DNA from: an uncultured delta proteobacterium
GTDB taxonomy: Bacteria; Myxococcota_A; Polyangia; Haliangiales; Haliangiaceae
Length of the DNA stretch: 64,000 nucleotides
Assembly: GCA_963848295.1 (NCBI GenBank)
Contig: CAWKDB010000011.1
Location: 448,001 to 512,000 of the forward strand
Direction: 5' to 3'
Position numbers and translations under genes: made by a program. The first letter of the stretch is position 1. Every line of letters starts with the position of its first letter. The notes below the pieces were generated by a model. It saw only the letters and a program-made list of their open reading frames with translations, searched no databases and was not told the DNA's origin. Positions 55,428 to 64,000 of this stretch are shown here, piece after piece.

Positions 55428-56021
55428 CTAGAGTATCGCCACATCCTCGGTCTTCAGCACCTTGATGAGAGGGATGTGCGCAGCTTCAATAGCGCGCTTG
55501 ATGTTCTCGTGGACCACTACCGTCGAAACGTTCTCCGCGAGTCGAAACATGAGCCGCCCGCGGGTGGCGCGTGGATCTACGGTGAGCGCATCGAACGCCA
55601 TCGAGAGGTTGCGGTCCGGTTGGGCCTCGTCGAAAGCTGAGCTCTGGAGATCAGCCGCTCGCACCTGTCCAATGAGATTGAAGACGTAATAGTCGTCCGA
55701 AGCGAGAGCTCCGTCAGCGTAGTACAGGGCCGCCCGATAGACGTCGAGATTGTCGACCCCGGCCGAGCGAAGCACGGAGAGCAAGCGGCTGTTCAAGAGC
55801 GGGACGGGCTCGCGCAGAAACGTCGGCAACGGTGCGTCCTCGCGCCCATGTTTGATCGTCAGCCGGATCGGCTCGCTCGGGGGCTTGTCCCAGGGCGGTG
55901 CGGAAGGACTGTCCGTCAGCACGCAGCCTCGGACGAACGAACGCGCCGGGTGATCGGGCGTGTAGGTCAGTCCCATCATGTCGCCGTCGTCGTCCGCAGC
56001 CGGAAACAGCGCGTAATACAT
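55428..56021 (-). CDS. Imm11 / DUF1629-family immunity protein
   Basis: PLLNSRL..VL..AGVDNLDVY, DYYVFNLIG.V.AAD..S, MFRLAE..VVVHE.IK.AIE. GGAGG RBS upstream. Confidence 0.75.
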   Translation of the reverse strand: MYYALFPAADDDGDMMGLTYTPDHPARSFVRGCVLTDSPSAPPWDKPPSEPIRLTIKHGREDAPLPTFLREPVPLLNSRLLSVLRSAGVDNLDVYRAALYYADGALASDDYYVFNLIGQVRAADLQSSAFDEAQPDRNLSMAFDALTVDPRATRGRLMFRLAENVSTVVVHENIKRAIEAAHIPLIKVLKTEDVAIL

Positions 56022-56097
56022 TTGTCCTCCACGATCTCGTGGCCGCGGCTTGTGGAATAGTGAACTGCGGAAGCGGAACGGGGAACTGAATTCCGGT

Positions 56098-57396
56098 TCA
56101 GCCCGAGCCGAGCTTCGCCAGATAAAAGCCGTCGGCGGCCGGCGGCCACGTGTGCGACTCGGCGAGGATCCGCAGGCCGCTGCGCGCGGCGAACGCGCGA
56201 ACCTGATCCGGCCCTTCGGCGCGCGTGAACGTGCACACCGAGTAGATCAACGAGCCGCCCGGCGCGAGGCGGGGCGCGACCGCATCGAGCAAGCTGCGCT
56301 GGATCGCGGCGAGCCGCGCGACGTCGGTCGGCAACAGCCGCCACTTCGCGTCGGGATGGCGACGCAAGACGCCGAGGCCGGTGCACGGCGCGTCGAGGAC
56401 GATGACGTCATAGCCCGTCTCGAGCGGCGTCCGCGGATCGGTGAGGTCGCCGTGCACCGGGCGGATCGAGCTCAGCCCGAGCCGGCGCGCCGTCTCCGCG
56501 CCGAGGTCGAGCTTGGTCTGCGACAAGTCCGCGGCGTCGATCGCCGCGCGATCGTCGGTGAGCTCGGCGAGATGAGTCGCCTTGCCGCCGACGCCGGCAC
56601 ACGCATCGAGGATGCGAAGCGCGCCGTCTCGGCCCGCGACCGCGAGCTCGGCCACGTGTTGCGCACCCGCGTCTTGCACGGTCCAGCGACCGGCGATGAA
56701 CGACGCGCTCTTGCCCGGATCGCCCGCGCCTTCGAGCACCAGCCCCGCGCTGCCGACCGGTGTCGCGGTCACGCCTTCGATCGCGAGCTCTGTAATCAGC
56801 GCCTCGCGCGTCGTGCGCAGGCGATTGACGCGCGCGACGAGCGGCGCAGGCTTCGCGAACGCCGCGGCGCCCGCGTCGAGCTCGACGAGGTCGGCATCGG
56901 CCGGATCGCCGGTCGGCGAGATCGCCGACGCGAGCTCGTTCGTGATCCAGGTCGGCAGCGAGTGCTCGAGCTCGATCCGCGCGCGCCCGGGTGGCGGCAG
57001 CGCCGGTTCGCGTTGCGCGACGAGCTTGCGCAGCACCGCGTTCGCGAAGCCGGCGAGCTTCGGACCTGCGACCGCGCGCGCCGCATCGACCGCATCGTCG
57101 ACCGCGGCGTACGACGGCACGCGATCGAGGAACAGCACCTGGTAGGCCGCGACGCGCAGGGCGGTGCGTATCTTTGGATGTGACTTGTCGAGCTTCGCGT
57201 GGGCCGCGAGGGCGCGATCGATCCGCGCGCGATGGCGCAGCACGCCGTAGACCAGCTCCGACGCGAGCCGGCGATCGCGATCGTCGAGCCCCGCGCGCTG
57301 CAGCTCGCCGTCGAGGGTCGGCGTCGCCCACGCGCCACCGCGATCGACGCGATCGAGCACGCGGCGGGCGAGCGCGCGTGGCCCGCTGTCGCTCAC
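56098..57396 (-). CDS. rsmB: 16S rRNA m5C967 methyltransferase (NusB-like N-terminus)
   Basis: ELVYGVLR, FANAVLR, HSLPTW, VQD, LDACAGVGGK, LDAPCTGLG..RRHPD, YSVCT, DGFY. Confidence 0.95.
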   Translation of the reverse strand: MSDSGPRALARRVLDRVDRGGAWATPTLDGELQRAGLDDRDRRLASELVYGVLRHRARIDRALAAHAKLDKSHPKIRTALRVAAYQVLFLDRVPSYAAVDDAVDAARAVAGPKLAGFANAVLRKLVAQREPALPPPGRARIELEHSLPTWITNELASAISPTGDPADADLVELDAGAAAFAKPAPLVARVNRLRTTREALITELAIEGVTATPVGSAGLVLEGAGDPGKSASFIAGRWTVQDAGAQHVAELAVAGRDGALRILDACAGVGGKATHLAELTDDRAAIDAADLSQTKLDLGAETARRLGLSSIRPVHGDLTDPRTPLETGYDVIVLDAPCTGLGVLRRHPDAKWRLLPTDVARLAAIQRSLLDAVAPRLAPGGSLIYSVCTFTRAEGPDQVRAFAARSGLRILAESHTWPPAADGFYLAKLGSG

Positions 57397-58343
57397 GTCG
57401 CCGGCTCGGACGGCTTGCTCAACACGTCGCCGACCGCGACGCCGCGCCCGGCGGCAAACTGCGCGACGGTCATCCGCTTGCGCCCGGCCGCCTGGATGTC
57501 GCGAATCACCGCGACGCCGCCATCGCCGCACCCGACGCTCATGCCGGTGCCATCGATCGCGACGACAATGCCGGGCGGAGCAGGAACCGGCCCGCGATCC
57601 GCCCGAGCGCGGAACAGCTTCACGACCTGGCCGCGCAACGTCGCCTGCGCGCCCGGCCACGGATCGACGCCGCGGATCCGCGCCGCGACCGCCGGCGCTG
57701 GCTGGGTGAAATCGATGGCACCGTCGACTTTCGCGAGCATCGGCGCATGCGTCGCGCGCGCGTGATCCTGCGCGACCGCGTGCGCGCTTCCGTTCGCGAT
57801 CAACGCGATCGCCTCGAGCAACGCTGCGGCACCGACCGGCGCGAGCCGCGCGAGCAATTCGCCGCTGGTCTCGTCGGGATCGATCGCGACCCGGCGCTCG
57901 AGCAGCACCGGTCCGGTGTCCATGCCCTCATCGAGCTGCATGATCGCGACGCCGGTCTCGGCCCGGCCGTCGATGACCGCCCACTGCACCGGCGCGGCGC
58001 CGCGATACAGCGGCAACAACGAAGCGTGGACGTTGATGCATCCGCGCGGCACCGAGGTCAGCACCGCCGGCGGCAGGATCTTGCCGTACGCGACGACGAC
58101 GGCGAGCTCGGCTCCGCTCGCGGACAGCGCCGCTGCGAGCTCGCCGGTGCGCGCCGATCTCGGCTGGATCACCGGCACGCCGAGCGCAACCGCCGCGAGC
58201 TTCACCGCCGGCGCCGCGACCTGGCCGCCTCGCCCGGCCGGCTTGTCAGGCTGGCTCACCGCGAGCACGACCTGGTGATGCGCGGCGAGCGCCTGCAGGC
58301 ACGGCACCGCGAACTCCGGCGACCCCATGAACGCGACCTTCAT
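57393..58343 (-). CDS. fmt: Methionyl-tRNA formyltransferase
   Basis: FMGSPEFAV, QPDKPAGRG, VVAYGKIL, INVHASLLP..RGAAP, MDTGP. Confidence 0.98.
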   Translation of the reverse strand: MKVAFMGSPEFAVPCLQALAAHHQVVLAVSQPDKPAGRGGQVAAPAVKLAAVALGVPVIQPRSARTGELAAALSASGAELAVVVAYGKILPPAVLTSVPRGCINVHASLLPLYRGAAPVQWAVIDGRAETGVAIMQLDEGMDTGPVLLERRVAIDPDETSGELLARLAPVGAAALLEAIALIANGSAHAVAQDHARATHAPMLAKVDGAIDFTQPAPAVAARIRGVDPWPGAQATLRGQVVKLFRARADRGPVPAPPGIVVAIDGTGMSVGCGDGGVAVIRDIQAAGRKRMTVAQFAAGRGVAVGDVLSKPSEPAT

Positions 58344-58353
58344 ACAGTGACGG

Positions 58354-60710
58354 TCACTCGACCAGGTTCGACAGGTAGGTCAGCCGCAGCCGATCGTCGC
58401 GCAACACGCGGAACGCCTCGTCGAGCACCGACGAGATCTCGTCGAGCTCCTGCGCGAGCTCACGGCGCAGGTCGTTCGGGAAACAATCGGCCGCGAAGTC
58501 GCGACGCGCCGCTTGGTACGCGCGACGGATCTCGAACCCGGTCGCATCGCGGCGTACGCCGAGCAACGCAAAATAGTCCGCCTCGCTGACGAGCGCCCAC
58601 CGCGACCGCACGCGTTCGCGATCGATCGCGAGATCGGTCTCGCCGACGAGCGCGGTCGATTCGTCAGGAGTCTCGAGCTCGGCGCGCCGCGCGATCGCCA
58701 GACCGAGCACGCACAACCCCCACGCGAGCGGCAACACGTCGGCGAGATCGAGCCCGACCGTGCGAGCGACCTGCGCGAGGTCGGCCTGGCCATCGAACGC
58801 GCCCAAGGCCGCGCGCTCCTCGCCGGACAGATCGCCGAGGTTGAGCACGCTCGCCGAGCGCGTTCGCGATCGGCGAGCTCGATCACGGTCGCCGCCGAAC
58901 CGACAAGCTTTTCGAGCGCGCTGCGGTCGAGCTTGCGGCGCACGCCTTCGAGGATCAACGACGCCGAGTGGCGCGACAGCCGGATCCGCTCGGCGCACGG
59001 CTCCGGATCACGATGCACGTGGTAGTGGCCGCGATCCCACCCGAACAACGAGTAGACGATGTCTTCGACGTGGCGGCGCACCGCCGGGAGCAGCTCACGC
59101 CGCTTGAGGTAGCCGAAGTCGACGAGGATCTCGCCCATGCGCCGGCCCGACGCCGCGACGTGGGTCTGGCACCGTTCGTACTGAGCCGCGGTGATCTTGC
59201 CTTCGCGCACGAGCAGCTCGCCCATCCGATCGCCAGGCTCGTTCGACGAGCCGAACACCGGACGTCCTTGATCGAAATACACCACCTTCTCGATAGCCGG
59301 CGTATCTTTGCGAAACGCGACGCGGCCGGTGACGCCGGTGCTGAACATCTTCGCGAATAGCAGCGCGGCGTCCGAAATGCCGCGTACGATCTCACCGGTG
59401 TCGGGTAACCCGCGCTCGCGCACCTGCGTGTTCCATGACCCGGGCGAGGTCGTTGGCTCGCGCGCCTCGATCCGCGCCGAGGGCCGCATCTCGATCTCGG
59501 TGACGGTGCCGACGAGCGCGGGCTCTTCGCCGAGCGCGGCGAGATCGATCTCGGTGTGCGCGTCGTGGCGCGGCCCGACCTCGACCGGTGCGGGTGCGGC
59601 GGTGTCGTGCTGGAACAGCCGCTGCGCCATCTGCGACATCTTCGCGCGCAGCTGGCGGGCGAAGTCGCGGCCACCCGGGCGGTCCTCGTCAGACGGCGGC
59701 GGCGTCACGACCGCTGGCGGCGGCGACGGCGGACTCAGTGGCATCGGCCCACTGGCGGACGCGTCGAGCTCGCCCTCGAGGCTGCCCAGGTCATTGCCGA
59801 CCTCGGTGAGCGACACCGCGACGACGTCGCGACCGGAGTCGGCTTCGACGACCTCGGATAGCGGCACCGGCGCCGACCACGGCTCGTCGGGGCCGCGCTC
59901 GATGATCACGTTCGGCGGCGGCTCGCTCGTCTGTTGGTGACGGCCGGCCGGGTCGTCGCGCAGGATCAGCGTCGGCTCGCGTGCGGGCTCGGCTTGCCAG
60001 TCGTCGACGAGATCGGTCGTCGTGTTGCCGGGTCGCCAGGACGGCGTCGGCACGACCTCCATCTCGGACGCCGTGACGCGGCGTGGCCGGATCATCACCG
60101 GCGGCAGCGGCTCGGCCTCGTCGGCGCCCCCAACCGGCGTGACCGCGATCAGCTCCGGATCGGTCAGATCGGGCTCGTCGCCGAGCGAATCGGCGAGCGC
60201 TTCCCACCGCGCGCGTTGTTCGGCGCGACCTCGGGGACCGGCCCCCGAGGTCGCCGCGGTCGGATCCCCGTCGACCTCGCCGTCGGGCGCACCACCTCCC
60301 AGGCCGCGCACGAGCACGACCGCATCGAGGCACGCCTCGACCGCGAACCGCAGCGCCTTGGCCGCGAGCGGCCGCCCGACGAACTTGTCGGGTGCGAGCT
60401 CGAGCGCGTCGAGCGCGGTCTTGACCGGGCCTTCGTCGTCGCCTACGACCACGATCGCGACCTCCGCGCGAGGCAACATCCGGCGCAGCGTGCCGATCAG
60501 CGAGCGCGCATCGCCGACCTCGAGGGTCGCGGTGATCACGACGACCTCGGGGCGCATCGCCTCGAACTGATCGATCGTGTCGTCGCCGCCGAAAGTCGTG
60601 ACGATCTCGACCGGCCCGCGCTCGAACGGCTCGGCGATCGCGGCGGCGAGCTCCGAGGTCCGCGCCGGATCCGCGGCGATCAACACGCAGGGCTTGGCGA
60701 CAGTGGACAC
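58354..60710 (-). CDS. Pseudo-receiver + acidic linker + DUF4388 + J-like domain protein; apparent frameshift near 58870
   Basis: N-terminal REC-like fold; TGRVAF..KVVYFDQGRPVFGSSN..DRMGELL..G (DUF4388); C-terminal DYFALLGV..ATGFEIRRAY..AFRVLRD..R..Y in the 58354-58998 frame. Confidence 0.8.
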
Positions 60711-60749
60711 GATGAGCTCTCGGCGCCCGCAGTATCGCACGAAGCGCGG

Positions 60750-63200
60750 CTACATCGCAGACATCGGGTCGACGTCGAGCGCGACTCGAACTGCGCTCGA
60801 GACCTCGGCCGCGGCGAGCGACCGCGCGACCCGCCGCAACGACGCGCGATCGGCGCCGCGCAGCCAGATCTGCCAGCGCGTCCGGCCGCGCAGCCGCTCG
60901 AGCGGTGCGGGCACCGGGCCGCGAACCTCGACCGGCGCGGCGAGCTCCGGGCGCGCAGCGAGCTCGACCGCGAGCTTGCCGAGATCCGCGGCGGTCTGGG
61001 CGACCAGCGTCGGGTTCGCGCCGTCGATCCGGATCGCGATCAACCGGCCGTGCGGCGGATAGCCGAGCTCGGCGCGCGACCCCGACTCCGCGGTGAAGAA
61101 GCTGCGGTAATCGTGCGCCGCCGCCGCGGTCACTGCGGGCGAATCGGGCCGATAGGTCTGGACCAGCACGCGGCCGGGCCGATCGCCGCGACCGGCGCGC
61201 CCCGCGACCTGGGCGAGCAGCTGGAACGTGCGCTCGGCGGCGCGAAAGTCGGGCAGATCGAGCCCGGTGTCCGCGCACAACACGCCGACCAGGGTCACGC
61301 CCGGGAAGTCGTGGCCCTTCGTCACCATCTGCGTGCCGACCAACACGTCGACCTCGCGGCGAGCCACGCGAGACAGCACCGCTTCGGCCTTCGCTCCCGT
61401 CGCGACATCGCGATCGAGCCGCGCGACCCGCGCGTCGGGGAACTCCTCGGCGATCGCGGCCGCGACCTTCTCGGTGCCGAGCCCGGTGCGCTCGATCGCG
61501 GGCGCACCGCACTTCGGGCACGCCTCGGGCACGCGCTGCTGATAGCCGCAGTAGTGACAGCGCAGGCGATCGCTCTCTCGATGATAGGTCAGCGACACCG
61601 AGCAGTGCGGGCAGCGAAACGAGTGGCCGCACGCTTTGCACAACACGAACGTCGCGAACCCGCGGCGGTTGAGAAACAGGATCACCTGGTCGCCGTTCGC
61701 GAGCGTCTCCCCGATCGCGGCGCGCAGCGGCGCCGACACCATCGCCTCGCCGTCGGCCATGAACTTGCGGAGGTCGACGACCTCGACGGTCGGCATCGGC
61801 CGGGGCGCGCCGAGCGCCGGATCCGGCGGACGCTCGGTCAACGCGAGCAAGCGGTACTGGCCGCGCTCGGCGTGCGCGTAACTCTCGAGCGACGGCGTGG
61901 CCGAGCCGAGCACGCACACCGCGCCGGCGCGGTGCGCCCGCACGAGCGCGACGTCGCGCGCGTGGTAGCGCACGCCCTCGTCTTGCTTGAACGAGCCGTC
62001 GTGCTCTTCGTCGACGACGACGACCCCGAGGTTCGCGAGCGGGGCGAACACCGCCGAGCGAGCGCCGACCGCGATCGTCGCGTCGCCGCGGCGCAGGCGC
62101 GACCACTCGCCGAGCCGCGCTTGCTCGCGCAAGCCGGAGTGCAGGATCGCGACGCGATCGCCGAACCGCGCGCGAAACCGCGCCGCGAGCTGTGGGGTCA
62201 GCGAGATCTCGGGCACGAGCACGAGCGCGGTCTTGCCGGCGGCGAGCGCGGTCGCGATCACGCGCAGATACACCTCGGTCTTGCCGCTGCCGGTGACGCC
62301 GTGGAGCAAGAACGGCTGCGCGCCGGTCGCGAGCCCGGCGGTGATCGCGTCGACCGCCGCGGCTTGCTCGGCGGTCAGCGTCGGGATCGCGCCGCCGGCC
62401 ATCACGCCATCCACCGGCGCGACGTCGAGCGCGACCTCGCGATCGGTGACGCGGAGGTAGCCAGCGCTGACCAGCTCGCGCACGCCGGGGAGCCCGCCGA
62501 CCGCGGCGATCGGTTGCGCGCCGCGCTGGGCCAACAGCTCGATCGTGCCGAGCCGCTTCGGCGATCGGGCGAGTGCGGTGCGCGCGGCTTCGTGCTCGGC
62601 TCCGCCCGGCGCGAATGTCAGCTCGGCGATCCGCTCGCGCTTGAGCTTCGCGCGCACCGCATCGCGGTGATCGATCTCGACAACCAAGCCGCGCGCGCGC
62701 AGCGCTTCGAGATCGCGCTTGGCGGCGGCCTTGAGCCCGGTCGCCGGCCGCGGTCTAGCCGCGAGCTGCGCGAGCAGGGCCTGCTGAGACGCCGGCAGCG
62801 CCGCGCCCTGCCCGTCCGCGGCGACCCGACCGGCATCGGTCACCGCGATCACGCGGCGCTCTTTGATCCCGCTGCCGGCCGGCAAGGCCGCGCGCACGAC
62901 CTCGCCGGGCGGTGCCTCGTAGTAGTCGGCGATCCACATGCACAGATCGACCAGCTCGGCCGGGAGCGCGGGCGAGTCGTCGAGCACCTCGGCGAGCTCG
63001 ATCGGCTTGACACCCTCGGGCGCGGCGGTGCCGGTGCGCACGACGACGCCGGTGACCTTGCGCGGCCCGAACCGGACGAGCACGCGGGCGCCGACCTGCG
63101 CACCGTGCGCGAGTCGCGCCGGCACGCGGTAGTGATATCGCCCGGGCACCGGTAGAGTCACCGCGACCTCTACGAGGTCGGTCGCGGCAGCTTCGGTCAT
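60750..63200 (-). CDS. priA: Primosomal protein N' (replication restart helicase)
   Basis: LLHGVTGSGKTEVY, LVPEISLTPQ, GARSAVFAP, VDEEHD, GSATPS, four CxxC pairs, GTQMVTKGHDFP, QVAGRAGR. Confidence 0.98.
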   Translation of the reverse strand: MTEAAATDLVEVAVTLPVPGRYHYRVPARLAHGAQVGARVLVRFGPRKVTGVVVRTGTAAPEGVKPIELAEVLDDSPALPAELVDLCMWIADYYEAPPGEVVRAALPAGSGIKERRVIAVTDAGRVAADGQGAALPASQQALLAQLAARPRPATGLKAAAKRDLEALRARGLVVEIDHRDAVRAKLKRERIAELTFAPGGAEHEAARTALARSPKRLGTIELLAQRGAQPIAAVGGLPGVRELVSAGYLRVTDREVALDVAPVDGVMAGGAIPTLTAEQAAAVDAITAGLATGAQPFLLHGVTGSGKTEVYLRVIATALAAGKTALVLVPEISLTPQLAARFRARFGDRVAILHSGLREQARLGEWSRLRRGDATIAVGARSAVFAPLANLGVVVVDEEHDGSFKQDEGVRYHARDVALVRAHRAGAVCVLGSATPSLESYAHAERGQYRLLALTERPPDPALGAPRPMPTVEVVDLRKFMADGEAMVSAPLRAAIGETLANGDQVILFLNRRGFATFVLCKACGHSFRCPHCSVSLTYHRESDRLRCHYCGYQQRVPEACPKCGAPAIERTGLGTEKVAAAIAEEFPDARVARLDRDVATGAKAEAVLSRVARREVDVLVGTQMVTKGHDFPGVTLVGVLCADTGLDLPDFRAAERTFQLLAQVAGRAGRGDRPGRVLVQTYRPDSPAVTAAAAHDYRSFFTAESGSRAELGYPPHGRLIAIRIDGANPTLVAQTAADLGKLAVELAARPELAAPVEVRGPVPAPLERLRGRTRWQIWLRGADRASLRRVARSLAAAEVSSAVRVALDVDPMSAM

Positions 63201-64000
63201 GACGTGGCCGAATCGGCGAGCTCGCGGCACAACGCGAGCACCGCGTCGCGAAGCTCCGGTCGCTTGAGCGCGTAGGCGAGGTTCGCGCGCAAGTAGCCGA
63301 GCTTGTCTCCCGCGTCGTGGCGCCGACCTGTGAACTTCACGCCGTACAAGCCTGCGGGCGACGCGGCGAGCTCGCGCAGCGCGTCGGTCAGCTGGATCTC
63401 GCCGCCCGCACCCGGCCGCGTCGTCGCGAGGTGCGACCAGATCGTCGGCGGCAGGACGTAGCGCCCGACGATCGCCCACCGGCTCGGCGGGCTCTGCCTC
63501 GGCTTCTCGACCATCGAGCGGATCCGCATGTGGCCCGAGGCCTCGACGTCGCCCGCGACGATGCCGTACATGTGCTCGGCGCCCGCCGGCACCTCCATGA
63601 TCGCGATCGCGCCGGCGCCGGTGGCGGCGTGGACGCGCATCAACTGCGCGATGCCCGGATCGCCGTCGTCATCGATCAGATCGTCGCCGAGCATCACCGC
63701 GAATGGCTCGTCGCCGATCGCTTCGCGCGCGCACAGCACGGCATGGCCCAGGCCGAGCGGCTGTTTCTGGCGCACCGCGATCAGGCGAACCATCGTCGAT
63801 ATGCGCGCCATCGCCTCGGCGAGCTCGTGGTCGCCGCGTTCGCGCAACGTGTGCTCGAGCTCGTACGCGTGATCGAAGTGATCCTCGATCGCGACCTTGT
63901 TGCGGCCGTTGATCACGACGACATCGGTGATCCCGGCCCGCACCGCCTCGTCGATCACGAGCTGGATCGTCGGGATGTCGACGATCGGCAACATCTCCTT
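63197..64000 (-). CDS. galU: UTP-glucose-1-phosphate uridylyltransferase (5' end outside the window)
   Basis: KEMLPIVD.P.IQ, IEDHFD, RQKQPLGLGHAV, VEKP, GAGGEIQLTDA, DAGDKLGY. Confidence 0.96.
   Translation of the reverse strand, partial: KEMLPIVDIPTIQLVIDEAVRAGITDVVVINGRNKVAIEDHFDHAYELEHTLRERGDHELAEAMARISTMVRLIAVRQKQPLGLGHAVLCAREAIGDEPFAVMLGDDLIDDDGDPGIAQLMRVHAATGAGAIAIMEVPAGAEHMYGIVAGDVEASGHMRIRSMVEKPRQSPPSRWAIVGRYVLPPTIWSHLATTRPGAGGEIQLTDALRELAASPAGLYGVKFTGRRHDAGDKLGYLRANLAYALKRPELRDAVLALCRELADSATS

Noticed and set aside
59934..63155. Very long antisense and alternate-frame ORFs (e.g. 59934-63155 +, 13232-15106 +, 22961-24928 -)
   Set aside because: Shadow ORFs of real genes, expected from high GC3. 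Arg/Ala-rich with no motifs.
60750..63200. CxxC/CHYC motifs in PriA as heme-binding sites
   Set aside because: These are the standard PriA zinc-binding Cys pairs in a cytoplasmic helicase.

Overview
GC-rich bacterial chromosomal segment, densely coding. Gene content (REC-DUF4388-J protein, Imm11, GDLDxDG pilin-like protein, FtsN-like SPOR protein, many lipoproteins) suggests Myxococcota; this is inference. Housekeeping genes include yitJ-type methionine synthase/MTHFR, glyQ-glyS-ppdK, gpsA/plsB-like, recQ, prmC, rpe, rsmB-fmt, priA, galU (partial) and tRNA-Pro(CGG). There is also a MoxR-DUF58-vWA operon. Many genes are split by single-base indels, most likely long-read consensus errors, and I stitched these by eye. 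The most notable locus is a three-gene minus-strand operon (45660-52532) that reads like a complete cytoplasm-to-surface electron conduit. It has (1) a cNMP-binding-like domain fused to a four-cluster [4Fe-4S] ferredoxin and a membrane domain with two H-X13-H pairs, (2) an exported ~30-heme cytochrome c built from 10 tandem triheme modules, and (3) an outer-membrane beta-barrel. A terminator-like hairpin lies in its leader. Other points of interest are a ~350-nt fold-back element with palindromic (AATTGATC)n/(AACAGGC)n ends, a RecQ with a long poly-Asp/poly-Arg tail, an orphan Imm11 gene, and a di-heme peroxidase with a possible Tyr-to-His ligand change. I saw no CRISPR array, integrase or transposase.
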